Below are positions 10,084 to 20,597 of a stretch of DNA of 64,000 nucleotides, in pieces. The DNA is from Candidatus Cloacimonadales bacterium. Lineage in GTDB: Bacteria > Cloacimonadota > Cloacimonadia > Cloacimonadales > JAIOQZ01. The position numbers were made by a program, and so were the translations under genes. Numbering within the stretch: the first letter of the stretch is position 1; each line of letters opens with the position of its first letter. The notes under the pieces are model-generated. The model was not told where the DNA came from. It did no database searches and saw only the letters and a list, made by a program, of their open reading frames with translations. The stretch spans positions 320,001 through 384,000 of the forward strand of contig CAXXTU010000002.1 in the NCBI GenBank assembly GCA_963662655.2, given 5' to 3'.

Positions 10084-11396
10084 CTCTCCGCCTTGTTTCT
10101 CACACGTTCGGGAACGAATGGAAGTTTGTATGATACTCTGAACAATAGTTCGCTCAGGTAGGCCGATGCGCGGATCAGCCGGATGAAGTAGCCTTTGTAG
10201 AAGCTGAAAAGCAGGATGTACAGGAACAGATGAATGTCCTGATTTCGCTTGCCGTTCAGCGACCACGCGATGAGCATTTCCAGGAACACGACCGCGCTGG
10301 ATACCACATGGAAAATGATCATGATCGTGAGGAATGTATAAAACTTGAAGCTCAGGAAGAGCACCAGGAAGACCACAAAAGTCATGGTGAGTACGAGCTG
10401 GAAGAAAACGATGTCCATCCAGCCGATGAGGTTGTTGATAGAGAAGTTGCTCCACTCCAGGTTCAGGAGGTTGCGGTGCTTTCTCAGCTTGACCTTGATC
10501 ATACTGGTGTTCCAGCGGAATCGCTGCTTGATGAGCGCGTAAATCGTTTCCGGGACTTTCGTATAGCAGATGGCATCGTGAGCGAAATGCACGCGCCACT
10601 TCTTCTTTCTGACCTTTGTGGTGATGTCCGAGTCCTCGCCCGGTCCCACCGAGTAGCCGTGAACCGATTTGAGGATTGATCTCCGAAACGCGCCGAAAGC
10701 GCCGGACACGATGTAGAGGATGTTCACGCGGCTTCGGAAACGTCGCCCGGTGGCGATGCTCAGGAGGTATTCCATCGCCTGTAGGGCGGTCACGACGTTC
10801 GCGTTGGAATTGAGAACGCGCAGGTTGCCGCCAACCGCTCCCACCTCGGGATCATAGAAGTGGTAGAGGATGTTCTCGAACGCTCTGCGATGGAACAGGG
10901 TGTCTGAATCGATACCGATGATGTAGTCGCCCCGCGCATACTGGAGCGCGTGGTTCAGGGCGCTGGACTTCCCGCCTCTGACGCTGCTGCGTATCAGGGT
11001 GATTTCACCTCTGCGAGCCAGCGGTAAGGCCGTCTCGTAGGTTCCGTCGGTGGAGCAGTCGTCCGAAATGATGATTTGCAGGTTGTTATAGGTCTGTTCC
11101 TGCAAGGATCGAATCGTTTTGAGGATCGTGTCCTTTTCGTTCATCGATGGAACGATGACCGAAACCAACGGTCTTTCGCGGAAGAGACGCTCCTTCGCCC
11201 GGGCGCGGAAGAGATTGTCTTCCGCTGTTCTGCGCCTCGGATGCAAAAGGAATGTAAGGACGCGGGTAAAGAGATACCGCGGGAGGTCGAAAAGCAGGAA
11301 GAACGGCATGAAAATGAAGACGGTTTGCAAGCGCCAGTGCTGGCGCGCAAAGTCCTCCAGAAAGAAATATGCCGAGAATAAATCCTGCTCAAACAT
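10077..11396 (-). CDS. Processive GT2 glycosyltransferase (PgaC/IcaA/BgsA-like synthase)
   Basis: DDCSTD, IDSD, GED and QRFRW motifs; flanking TM helices. Confidence 0.85.
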   Translation of the reverse strand: MFEQDLFSAYFFLEDFARQHWRLQTVFIFMPFFLLFDLPRYLFTRVLTFLLHPRRRTAEDNLFRARAKERLFRERPLVSVIVPSMNEKDTILKTIRSLQEQTYNNLQIIISDDCSTDGTYETALPLARRGEITLIRSSVRGGKSSALNHALQYARGDYIIGIDSDTLFHRRAFENILYHFYDPEVGAVGGNLRVLNSNANVVTALQAMEYLLSIATGRRFRSRVNILYIVSGAFGAFRRSILKSVHGYSVGPGEDSDITTKVRKKKWRVHFAHDAICYTKVPETIYALIKQRFRWNTSMIKVKLRKHRNLLNLEWSNFSINNLIGWMDIVFFQLVLTMTFVVFLVLFLSFKFYTFLTIMIIFHVVSSAVVFLEMLIAWSLNGKRNQDIHLFLYILLFSFYKGYFIRLIRASAYLSELLFRVSYKLPFVPERVRNKAERW

Positions 11397-11414
11397 TTAC
11401 GGTTCCGTATCCCC

Positions 11415-12965
11415 TTAAAATTCTATGACATCGGTCTGTTTTACGAGTCTCTCCAGAAGCAGGTCTTCCGTTGTCCCGTCTTCCGGATATGTAACAAATT
11501 TAATGTCGAGTGTAAGCGCGGCTTTGATGCGCGATTGCGCCTTCTTCATGATGCCGTCGACGACACTCTTGGCACGCTTGCTGTCCGCTTCGGGAAGAAT
11601 GCTGACGAAGGAGTTCTTGTCGTACCGCGCCGGAATATCCACCTTCCAGAGGCTCTCTTTCAGGATCGCTGTAAGGTCGCGCAGGATATCGTGTGCCATC
11701 TCTTCGCCGCCCTGCTCGATGAAATCGTCCAGCCCGACAACCTCGAGCAGCACGAGTGAAAGCGGGCGCTCGAACTGTTCCGCTCGGCGAAGCTCCTCGC
11801 GGAACTTGGTGCGGAAATAGTTCAGGTTGTAGAGGTTGATGTCCTGATCCATCAATTCCTGCTCGAAATTGACTGCGAAGAACCGGCCCTGCTGAACCGC
11901 TTCGCTGGCCTTGTCGGTGATGACGAAGCTGTAGATATTGGAACGCAGCGCATCCCCCGCGTAAAACTCGTTCTTACAGTTGCGGCACTGGCAAAGCACG
12001 TCCGGTTCGGTGAACTTGTGCTGGTTCTTGTTGCAGACGAACATTTTTCCGGGCTTGTCGTAGTCTACGCCGATGGCTTCGAGTTCGTCCATGCACTTCG
12101 GGCAAACCAGCGAGAGACCGTGCATGAATTCACGCTCCGTTCCGATGTAACCGCATTTGTAGTGGTGAATGGTCGGCATGAGCGCGATATCCGGGCTTCG
12201 GTCGGTCGGGCAGACTTCCCTAAGGCTGATGTTGTGGTGCGTGCAGTTGGGGCATATCAGGATTTTATCGAAGAAATTGCGCTTTAGCGTCCCCTTTTCC
12301 TCGAGGTAATAAAGCTCCTGAAGCTCCATGCCGGGCTGAATATCGAAAAACTCGGTAACCTGGCGGTACTCATAGCCCGATTTGACCAGCATGTTGTAGG
12401 TGGGCTGTATTTCGACCACGTCCTCATCGATCATCTTCTTCAGGAAATCGAGGCGCTTCTTGTCCCGACTATCGATTGCAAGCGCTTTTCCCTCTCCGCC
12501 TCCGGACTCGGATGTCGTTACGATCTGAGCGCGCCGGAGCACACTCTGGATTCTTGCGGCGAGCTCTTCGGCGTCGTAGGGTTTGGTCATGTAATCGTCG
12601 ATACCGAGCTTGAGTGCTTTGATCTTGGTCTCCTGGGACACCTTGGCGGTCAGCATGATGATCGGGATATGGCTGATCTTTGAGTTGCCGCGGATCGCCT
12701 GGGCGACCTCGTAGCCATCCATCCCGGGCATGAGAAGGTCAAGAATGATTAGGTCCGGTGGATCGTTATCGATGAACTCCAGGGCTTTTTCACCGGAATT
12801 CACGGAAAAACTGTTGTAACCAAGCTTTCTGAGACGCGTGGTGATGATCTTGTTGAGAACAATTTCATCATCGACGACAAGAATCTTTTTCTTCCCGTCA
12901 TTTTCCTCAGTCGGATCGTTCTGCATATCCAACTGTTCGCTATCCATCTCTTTTTTTTCTTCCAT
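11415..12965 (-). CDS. Response regulator: REC + Cys-rich TackOD1-like domain + degenerate GGDEF
   Basis: Receiver (ILVVDD...LDLLMP); multiple CxxC (CPNC, CPKC, CRNC); GGDEF-like tail with ARYDKNSF. Confidence 0.7.
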   Translation of the reverse strand: MEEKKEMDSEQLDMQNDPTEENDGKKKILVVDDEIVLNKIITTRLRKLGYNSFSVNSGEKALEFIDNDPPDLIILDLLMPGMDGYEVAQAIRGNSKISHIPIIMLTAKVSQETKIKALKLGIDDYMTKPYDAEELAARIQSVLRRAQIVTTSESGGGEGKALAIDSRDKKRLDFLKKMIDEDVVEIQPTYNMLVKSGYEYRQVTEFFDIQPGMELQELYYLEEKGTLKRNFFDKILICPNCTHHNISLREVCPTDRSPDIALMPTIHHYKCGYIGTEREFMHGLSLVCPKCMDELEAIGVDYDKPGKMFVCNKNQHKFTEPDVLCQCRNCKNEFYAGDALRSNIYSFVITDKASEAVQQGRFFAVNFEQELMDQDINLYNLNYFRTKFREELRRAEQFERPLSLVLLEVVGLDDFIEQGGEEMAHDILRDLTAILKESLWKVDIPARYDKNSFVSILPEADSKRAKSVVDGIMKKAQSRIKAALTLDIKFVTYPEDGTTEDLLLERLVKQTDVIEF

Positions 12966-12973
12966 TACTCACT

Positions 12974-15676
12974 CTACCTAAGGTATTTATTCGTTAACAT
13001 TTCGCGGATCAGGCTGAAGCGTTCTTCAATAATCTCGATCCATCCGGGTATTTCCGGGTCGAAATCCGTTTCGCTGCTATGCTCAATCCGCTCACTGATG
13101 CTACCAACTCCAATGATCCCTAAGGAAAGACTATTCGATTTCAGTGAATGGGCAAATCGATTCAGGTCGGCAAGATTCCTCTCTTCGTATGCATTTCTCA
13201 TGCCACCGATGAGTATCTCCACCTGATCGATGTATGTGCCGATAACATCCACCATCTCTTCTTCGAGGGGCATCAATTCTTTTTCAAGACGTTCAAAATC
13301 AATAAGTTTTTCATCGTCGTTTTTAAAAATTTGTTTGTTTGTTTCCGGTTCGAAACTCTGTTGCTTGAGCATTGAAAGTAAATCCTCTACATTGAACGGT
13401 TTCCCGAGATATCCATCCACTCCGGCAGAATCGAGCTTGCTCTTGATGTCCTGATAGTCGTATGAGGTTGACACGATGATCCGCGGTTGGTGTTCCACCG
13501 GGAGGGTCGTTTTGATTTCCTCCGCTACTTCGATTCCGCTGCGTCCCGGCAGGTTGACATCGATAATCAGCAGGTTGTATTTGTGGCGACGCAAAATCTG
13601 AATCGCTTCATCTCCGGTTGAGGCGATATCGGCGTGATACCCGAATTTACTCAGGTAATTTCCGATGATCTTCTGCTCGAAAATGTTATCGTCGCAAACG
13701 AGAATTTTGGCAGGGAAAGCTTCCGATAACTGTGCGTTCAGCTCAGGCAGGATTCTATTATGTTTTGACTTGTTGATGTCCAAATGGAGTGCGCTCGCGA
13801 ATCCCAGATAAAGGTTCCTTTCTTTCAACGGTTTTTCCAGGGTGTATGCCTTCTTCGACAGCAAATCGTCCCTGATGGTATGTATCTGGTTTCGGCTTCC
13901 CAATACCAGAACCGGCAGCTTCTCCTCGCTGTATTCGAGGCGTAAACGATTCAGAAGCCCGAGATTCCGATTACCGTACAAGGGCACAGACATGATTACC
14001 GCGTCGGCCTGATCGAGCGCGTTTTTTATCTCGCTGATGTTCAGGGTGTAATCGACTCGCTCGAATCGGACGCTCCAGCTTTCCGCGTAGAGGGGAATAA
14101 TTTTCCTGAGTGTGATGTCGGAGCCGATTCCCAGGATGCGCTTGTTCTTCAATGTTTGCTTTACTTCGTCGACGATAGCGGGAGCTACATTTTCGCCGGC
14201 TTCGGTCTGTACGGTGAAATGGAAGGTGGAGCCGTGGCCAACTTTGGACTCCGCCCATATCTTGCCTCCAAGCAGTTCTGAAAGCTGCCTGCAAATCGTG
14301 AGGCCAAGCCCCGTACCGCCGTGTCTTTTAAATATGCTTGAATCGGCCTGATTGAACGCCATGAATACCTTTTCGATCTGGTCTTCGCTGATTCCCGATC
14401 CGGTATCCTGCACCTGGAAGTGAACTTCGACCTGATTATTGGGCATTATCTTGGAGTCCACGTATATAGATATATTTCCGATCGTCGTGAACTTGATGGC
14501 GTTACTGAGGAGATTCAGCAGTATCTGGCGAATTCGATCCATGTCGCTCACAATTTCCCGCGGTGTGTCCGGGTGAATGTAGTACGCGAGCTCCAGCCGC
14601 TTCTCGTCGGCGGTTTGAGATACGACCTTCAGCGCTTCTTCAACGCAATCGTGCAGGCGGAATGGCCGATTGATAATTTGCAGCCTCCCCGCTTCGATCT
14701 TCGAGAAGTCCATCAGGTCGTTGATGATTGTAAGCAGGGCGTTGCCGCTGATCTGCAAGATGTTCAAATAATCTTCCTGAACCGGATTGAGCTTCGTGTC
14801 GTTCATGAGTGTGAGAATGCCCAGCATGGAGCTTATGGGCGTCCGTATCTCATGCGTGATGTGCGAGAGGAAAAGCGTTCGGCTCTCGTTGGCTCGCTTG
14901 GCGCTCTCGATTGCCTTCCGGAGCTTTGCTTCCGTTTCCTTCAGGTGAGCCATATTGAGCATAACGCCCAGGAAGCCTTTCGTGTTCATGTATTCGAACT
15001 TCGATTCGCATAAGTGGATGTCCCAATCGATGCGGTTGCGGTTCAGTAGATGAATATCGTGATGATTTTGGGAGCTGTCCCTGGCCAGAATCTCTTCAAT
15101 GCTGTCGAGCAACCGGGCGGAAGGGGGTGGGAATACATCGTGATTGGTGAAGCCGATGATTCGCTCGACCGGTATGCCGCAAAGCTCTATGAATTCGCGA
15201 TTGCATCCACGATATATCAAATCTGCATCCTTGAAAAACACCGGATTGGGGATGTCGTCGATCAACGTTTGGATGAATCGAGCTTTGTCGGAGTGCGTCT
15301 CGTGCGGCCCATACAAAGTTGGATGGCTCGGTGAAGAGTTCTTTTTCACGATGTTCGAAATAAAAACAGACAAAACTTCATCCGGCCATTCCTGGCTTAG
15401 AAGCGTCAGGCTCGGGATCATCGCAACGTGCTTCAGATACAGGCCGGCATCGAACGTCATGCCCCAAACAGCCGCAGATGAATTTTGGCTCAAGATATCC
15501 AGTAATTGGCTTACCGGCGTACTCGAATCCAACAGGAACAGGATATGGTCATTCTGCGAAATGGTGATATCACGAAATGAATTCCAGTCGAAACAACGTA
15601 CTTCTATTTCCGGATTGCCCGACCGGATTAACTGGCAGAGGTTATCCGGAATATCTATCAAAAATATACTGTCCAC
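12974..15676 (-). CDS. Hybrid histidine kinase PAS-HK-(pseudo)REC-REC-Hpt
   Basis: THEIRTP H-box, NLLSNAIKFT, GGTGLGL, receiver, Hpt AHSLKSNS. Confidence 0.85.
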   Translation of the reverse strand: MDSIFLIDIPDNLCQLIRSGNPEIEVRCFDWNSFRDITISQNDHILFLLDSSTPVSQLLDILSQNSSAAVWGMTFDAGLYLKHVAMIPSLTLLSQEWPDEVLSVFISNIVKKNSSPSHPTLYGPHETHSDKARFIQTLIDDIPNPVFFKDADLIYRGCNREFIELCGIPVERIIGFTNHDVFPPPSARLLDSIEEILARDSSQNHHDIHLLNRNRIDWDIHLCESKFEYMNTKGFLGVMLNMAHLKETEAKLRKAIESAKRANESRTLFLSHITHEIRTPISSMLGILTLMNDTKLNPVQEDYLNILQISGNALLTIINDLMDFSKIEAGRLQIINRPFRLHDCVEEALKVVSQTADEKRLELAYYIHPDTPREIVSDMDRIRQILLNLLSNAIKFTTIGNISIYVDSKIMPNNQVEVHFQVQDTGSGISEDQIEKVFMAFNQADSSIFKRHGGTGLGLTICRQLSELLGGKIWAESKVGHGSTFHFTVQTEAGENVAPAIVDEVKQTLKNKRILGIGSDITLRKIIPLYAESWSVRFERVDYTLNISEIKNALDQADAVIMSVPLYGNRNLGLLNRLRLEYSEEKLPVLVLGSRNQIHTIRDDLLSKKAYTLEKPLKERNLYLGFASALHLDINKSKHNRILPELNAQLSEAFPAKILVCDDNIFEQKIIGNYLSKFGYHADIASTGDEAIQILRRHKYNLLIIDVNLPGRSGIEVAEEIKTTLPVEHQPRIIVSTSYDYQDIKSKLDSAGVDGYLGKPFNVEDLLSMLKQQSFEPETNKQIFKNDDEKLIDFERLEKELMPLEEEMVDVIGTYIDQVEILIGGMRNAYEERNLADLNRFAHSLKSNSLSLGIIGVGSISERIEHSSETDFDPEIPGWIEIIEERFSLIREMLTNKYLR

Positions 15677-16062
15677 GTTACAATTATGCCTTTCCCTTGT
15701 GTTTATTTCTGTTCGTTTTCCCGGCGAAATCTGCGTGGACGATTCTCTGGATCGACGTTAAGCTTCCAAACATTTTGTCCCATCCACAAACTACGAAACA
15801 GCCATTTAATGTCAACATGAAAATCATATCTAAAAACCTGTTGTAAAGGATTTCACGAGCGCTTAACAGTCCGAATGTAAAACGGAGCAGCCTTCAAAAA
15901 CGTAGAACTACTTATGCCCCAATAAATTTCATTCCATGAAACGCTTTTTTAATTGACATTTCATATATCCATAAATATCGTGAAAACACGAAATTAATGC
16001 GATGGGAAATCGAACTCACTTGAAGTCTTCCATCGTAAAGCCAAATTATACTGGAGTGGTAC

Positions 16063-17496
16063 ATGACGTTCTCATCCGGGTTTCTGAAAAGATTTGAGGA
16101 ATTCATTGTTGAAAAGAAGCTGGTGCAAAAAAAGGAGCATATTCTTGTCGGCGTTTCGGGTGGGCCGGATTCCACGGCGTTATTGCAAGCGCTCTATTAT
16201 CTCCGTCCCAAGTACCGTTTGCACCTTTTAGCCGCCCACGTCAATTACAGTACCCGCGGCGAAGAATCCGACGCCGATGAAGCCTTTATCAAGAAACTTT
16301 GCTTCGAACGAAACATCGGTATTGTGGCTCGCCATGTGAAGATGACGCCCGAAACATCCAATTTCGAGAACGAAGCCCGAGAAATCAGGATGACGTACTT
16401 CGAGAAGCTGAAAACCCAGTATAAAATCCAGAAAATCGCGCTTGGGCACAACAAGGAAGACCAGGCGGAGACGGTTCTCTTCAGGATGTTCCGCGGCGCG
16501 GCCGTTTCGGGCTTGAAGGGGATTCTCCCCGCGAGCGGTGAGATCATTCACCCGCTTCTTCCTTTTTCCCGGGAGGAGATCGAGCAATTCCTCCGCGAGC
16601 AGGGCATCGAGTGGCGGGTCGATTCGAGCAACCTCGAGAACCACTACACGAGGAACCGGATCCGCAACGAGCTTTTCCCCTGGATCGAGAAGAACATCAA
16701 CCCGCAGATCGTGGACAAGCTCTACGACTCCGCCTGCATTTTCGGCGAGACGGAGGAGATTCTGCGGGATATCGTTCTGCGGAGATTGAACAAGCACAAC
16801 ATCAGCAAGATGGAAAATTCTCTGAAGATACCCATCTCTTTACTTGTTAAGCAGAAGCCTGTGCTTAGATTCTATATGTACCGTGAAATCTATAATTATC
16901 TCAAGGGAGACGAGAAGGACTTCTATACCGTTCATTTCGAGCGGATCGAACGTATCTTCGATTCACGCGGCAGCAAGAAGATCGATCTCCCATGCGATAT
17001 CGTGCTGATCAAGGAATACGATCACCTCATTTTCTGCAGGAAAGACGCGATCGAAAACCCCGATCAGGAAGCGGAACGAGAGCTTCCGACAATTCGCAAC
17101 CAGTTCACGTTCGGGAATCATCGATTTTACATGAAAAAGGTGAAACAACTACCGCAGAAGAAGCGTTCTGCCTTCGAGAGAAATATATGCTATCTCGATC
17201 TGGACAAAATCGAATTTCCTCTCCTGCTTCGTTATCGAAAACCCGGAGATCGTTTTTATCCTTTTGGTATGGAGCATTCCAAGAAGCTGAAGGATTTTTT
17301 CATTGACGAAAAGGTCTCGCGCTTCGAGAGAGATAACATTGTATTGCTGACAGACCAGAGCAAGATATTGTGGGTTTGCGGATATCGGGTGGATCAAAAA
17401 GCCTCGGTAACCGATGAGACAAAAAACATTCTGATGGTTCGCGAGGAGCGTTTCCAATCATCGCGTCCCCGCTCGGCCAGCAGAAAAAAGAAATAA
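16063..17496 (+). CDS. tilS: tRNA(Ile)-lysidine synthetase
   Basis: SGGPDS PP-loop, HNKEDQAET, RNRIR, TilS C-terminal KKLKDFFID. Confidence 0.95.
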   Translation: MTFSSGFLKRFEEFIVEKKLVQKKEHILVGVSGGPDSTALLQALYYLRPKYRLHLLAAHVNYSTRGEESDADEAFIKKLCFERNIGIVARHVKMTPETSNFENEAREIRMTYFEKLKTQYKIQKIALGHNKEDQAETVLFRMFRGAAVSGLKGILPASGEIIHPLLPFSREEIEQFLREQGIEWRVDSSNLENHYTRNRIRNELFPWIEKNINPQIVDKLYDSACIFGETEEILRDIVLRRLNKHNISKMENSLKIPISLLVKQKPVLRFYMYREIYNYLKGDEKDFYTVHFERIERIFDSRGSKKIDLPCDIVLIKEYDHLIFCRKDAIENPDQEAERELPTIRNQFTFGNHRFYMKKVKQLPQKKRSAFERNICYLDLDKIEFPLLLRYRKPGDRFYPFGMEHSKKLKDFFIDEKVSRFERDNIVLLTDQSKILWVCGYRVDQKASVTDETKNILMVREERFQSSRPRSASRKKK

Positions 17497-17506
17497 AGGA
17501 TATACC

Positions 17507-18043
17507 ATGAACACAGATATATCGACAATTCTTTTCGATGAAGGAATGATTCAGAAGCGCGTCCGCGAGCTGGGCTCCATCCTTTCCAAAAGGTACGAGA
17601 ACAACAACCCCGTGTTTATCTGCATACTTCGCGGCGGCGTGTTCTTTCTGACGGATTTGCTCCGCAGCATTACGATTCCGCTCGAGGTGGATTTCCTTTC
17701 CATCTCCAGCTACGGCAACAGCACGCAGTCGTCGGGTATCGTGAAAATCCGCAAGGACATCGATACCGATATCAATGGACGCGATGTGGTGATCGTCGAG
17801 GACATCGTGGATAGCGGGCTCTCCCTGCAGTATATCATCGAGTACCTGAAGAAGCACAATCCCGCTTCCGTTTGCACGTGCGTCCTTCTCGACAAGCCCC
17901 AGGCGCACAAGATTGACGTGGAAATCGATTACACTGGATTTGAAATTGGCAACGACTTTGTGGTCGGTTATGGGCTCGACTTTGCCGAGAGATATCGTAA
18001 CCTGCCATACATCGGCATTCTGAAAGAGGAAGTATATCAATGA
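17507..18043 (+). CDS. hpt: Hypoxanthine phosphoribosyltransferase
   Basis: VEDIVDSG PRPP motif, FVVGYGLD, YRNLP; tilS-hpt-ftsH synteny. Confidence 0.95.
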   Translation: MNTDISTILFDEGMIQKRVRELGSILSKRYENNNPVFICILRGGVFFLTDLLRSITIPLEVDFLSISSYGNSTQSSGIVKIRKDIDTDINGRDVVIVEDIVDSGLSLQYIIEYLKKHNPASVCTCVLLDKPQAHKIDVEIDYTGFEIGNDFVVGYGLDFAERYRNLPYIGILKEEVYQ

Positions 18044-20067
18044 ACAATGACCCGAAAGATCCGCGGGATCCCGGCAACCAGCCGAAAAAGGGATTCCCGA
18101 AATTCAAACGTACACAATCGATAACTCTTTGGATCGTTATTTTGCTGTTCCTGATCATCGCGTACAATATGTACATGCGTCAGGATGACATAAAAACAGT
18201 CACCTACTCCGAATTCATCGCCATGGCGGAACAGGGTTCCATCGTTCGCGCTGTGTTCAACGACCGCGATGTGCAGTTCTGGAACCTGAGTAACCAGAAG
18301 TTCCAGACACACATGCCTTACGACGATCCTACGCTGATCCGCGACCTGGCGAAGAAAGTGAACATCTCTTCGCAGAAACCGTCGAAGTTCCTTGCGATCC
18401 TTGTCGGATGGCTGCCGTTCCTGGTATTCATCGGATTCTGGATATTCATGATGCGATCCATGCAGGGCGGAGGAAACAAGGCGTTCAGCTTCGGCAAGAG
18501 TCGGGCGCGGCTCTTTGTCGGCGGAAAAACGAACAAGACATTCAAGGATGTCGCGGGTGTCGACGAGGCGAAGGAAGAGCTCGAAGAGATCGTAGAATAT
18601 TTGAAAGCCCCCGCGAAGTTCCAGCGCCTCGGCGGCAGAATTCCTCGCGGCGTTCTATTGCTCGGACGTCCGGGAACGGGCAAGACCCTCCTGGCGAAAG
18701 CCGTTGCCGGCGAAGCGGGTGTCCCGTTCTTCAGCATCAGCGGTTCCGACTTCGTAGAAATGTTTGTCGGCGTGGGCGCGTCCCGCGTCCGAGACCTCTT
18801 TGAGCAGGCGAAGCGCAACGCCCCGTGTATCGCGTTCATCGACGAGATCGACGCAGTTGGGCGCCATCGCGGAACCGGCCTCGGAGGAGGCCACGACGAA
18901 CGAGAGCAGACGTTGAACCAACTCCTGGTGGAAATGGATGGCTTTGAGGCGAACGATTCGGTGATCATCATCGCCGCGACAAACCGCGCCGACGTCCTCG
19001 ATCCGGCGCTTCTGCGTCCGGGACGATTCGATCGTCAGGTTATCGTGGATCTGCCGGACATCCTGGGTCGCGAAGAGATTCTCAAGGTGCACGTTCGCAA
19101 GCTTCCCATTTCCGATAACGTGAATCTCAAGATTATCGCCCGGGCGACTCCGGGCTTCAGCGGCGCCGATCTGGCGAATCTGGTCAACGAGGCCGCCTTG
19201 ATGGCTGCACGGCGCAACCGCAAGAAAATCGAGATGGATGATTTCGAAGAAGCGCGCGACAAGGAGACATTGGGCAAGGAGCGCAAGAGCAAGGTCATCT
19301 CCGAAGAAGAGAAGAAAATCACCGCCTACCACGAGGTGGGTCACGTGCTTTGCTCCATTTTCCAGGAAAAAACGGATACCCTGCACAAGGTAACCATCAT
19401 CCCGCGCGGGCTCGCCGGCGGTGTGACCCAGTACCTGGGCAAGGATCGCATGTACTACACCAAGGGATTCCTCGAGCAGCGTATCGTGATGTCTCTGGGC
19501 GGACGCGCAGCGGAAGAGCTCAAGTTTGGTGAAATCACCACGGGCGCTTCCAGCGATATCGAATACGCCACCTACCTTGCTCGCAAGATGGTCACCAAAT
19601 GGGGGATGAGCGACAACATCGGCCCCATGGCGATCGGTAAGGAAGATTCGCAGGTGTTTCTGGGCAAGGAACTCACGCAACGCGAATCGGTGAGCGAACA
19701 CACGGCAACGTCTGTCGACGCGGAGATTCGCGGGTTGATCATGAATGCCTACGAAACCGCTCGCAAGATTCTGGAAGAGCACATGGACGTCCTTGAGAAG
19801 ATGTCGGAAGCGCTCCTCGATAAAGAGACCCTCAATCTGGAAGAAATCTTCGAGATCATTCTGGAGACCGTCGAGGGCGAAGAGAAAGAGAGCATCAAGA
19901 AGAAATTCGAATCGTCCATGGAAATGCGCATGAGCGACGAGCGTACAGACGATAAAGAGCACGTGGAAGATGACGTTGAGTCGAAGTTCGAATCGACGGA
20001 AGAGCAATCTGACGGAGATGCGTCTTCAGAGACACCGGGAGGAAATGATGATGAATCCCGAGATTAG
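18040..20067 (+). CDS. ftsH: ATP-dependent zinc metalloprotease FtsH
   Basis: 2 TM helices, Walker [17 protein letters not shown]. Confidence 0.97.
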   Translation: MNNDPKDPRDPGNQPKKGFPKFKRTQSITLWIVILLFLIIAYNMYMRQDDIKTVTYSEFIAMAEQGSIVRAVFNDRDVQFWNLSNQKFQTHMPYDDPTLIRDLAKKVNISSQKPSKFLAILVGWLPFLVFIGFWIFMMRSMQGGGNKAFSFGKSRARLFVGGKTNKTFKDVAGVDEAKEELEEIVEYLKAPAKFQRLGGRIPRGVLLLGRPGTGKTLLAKAVAGEAGVPFFSISGSDFVEMFVGVGASRVRDLFEQAKRNAPCIAFIDEIDAVGRHRGTGLGGGHDEREQTLNQLLVEMDGFEANDSVIIIAATNRADVLDPALLRPGRFDRQVIVDLPDILGREEILKVHVRKLPISDNVNLKIIARATPGFSGADLANLVNEAALMAARRNRKKIEMDDFEEARDKETLGKERKSKVISEEEKKITAYHEVGHVLCSIFQEKTDTLHKVTIIPRGLAGGVTQYLGKDRMYYTKGFLEQRIVMSLGGRAAEELKFGEITTGASSDIEYATYLARKMVTKWGMSDNIGPMAIGKEDSQVFLGKELTQRESVSEHTATSVDAEIRGLIMNAYETARKILEEHMDVLEKMSEALLDKETLNLEEIFEIILETVEGEEKESIKKKFESSMEMRMSDERTDDKEHVEDDVESKFESTEEQSDGDASSETPGGNDDESRD

Positions 20068-20587
20068 AGGAACGACGATCATCGGTATCCTCCGCGATGG
20101 CAAGCTGGCCATCGGAGGCGACGGCCAGGTGACCTTCGGACACACGGTTCTTAAGGCGAACGCCCTGAAAATCAGGCGGCTGTACCACGACAAGGTTATC
20201 GCTGGATTTGCTGGAGCGACGGCCGACGCCTTCACGCTTTTCGAGAAATTCGAGTCCAAGCTGCAAGAATACAAGGGAAACCTGAAGCGCGCAGCGGTCG
20301 AGCTCGCGAAGGACTGGCGGAGCGATAAAATTCTCCGCAGGCTGGAAGCGATGATCATCGTTGGCGATAAGGACAACCTCCTGCTGCTCTCCGGCACGGG
20401 CGATGTGGTGGAACCGGAAGACGGGATCGCCGCGATCGGCTCCGGCGGATCCTACGCACTCGCAGCAGCCCGGGCCCTGACAGAGAACACCGATATTCAG
20501 CCCAGCGAAATCGTGCGGAAATCGCTCGACATCGCGGCGGAGATATGCATCTACACCAACCACAATATCGTGGTTGACGAACTTTGA
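20051..20587 (+). CDS. hslV: ATP-dependent protease subunit HslV
   Basis: GTTI catalytic Thr, GDGQVT, AIGSGG; GGAGG upstream of tandem ATGs at 20045-20051. Confidence 0.95.
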   Translation: MNPEIRGTTIIGILRDGKLAIGGDGQVTFGHTVLKANALKIRRLYHDKVIAGFAGATADAFTLFEKFESKLQEYKGNLKRAAVELAKDWRSDKILRRLEAMIIVGDKDNLLLLSGTGDVVEPEDGIAAIGSGGSYALAAARALTENTDIQPSEIVRKSLDIAAEICIYTNHNIVVDEL

Positions 20588-20597
20588 GAGCTGCACT

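Noticed and set aside
10084..10599. 172-aa N-terminal extension of the TolC fusion overlapping the GT2 gene
   Set aside because: Alternate-frame read-through of the GT2 gene; the signal peptide starts at 10083
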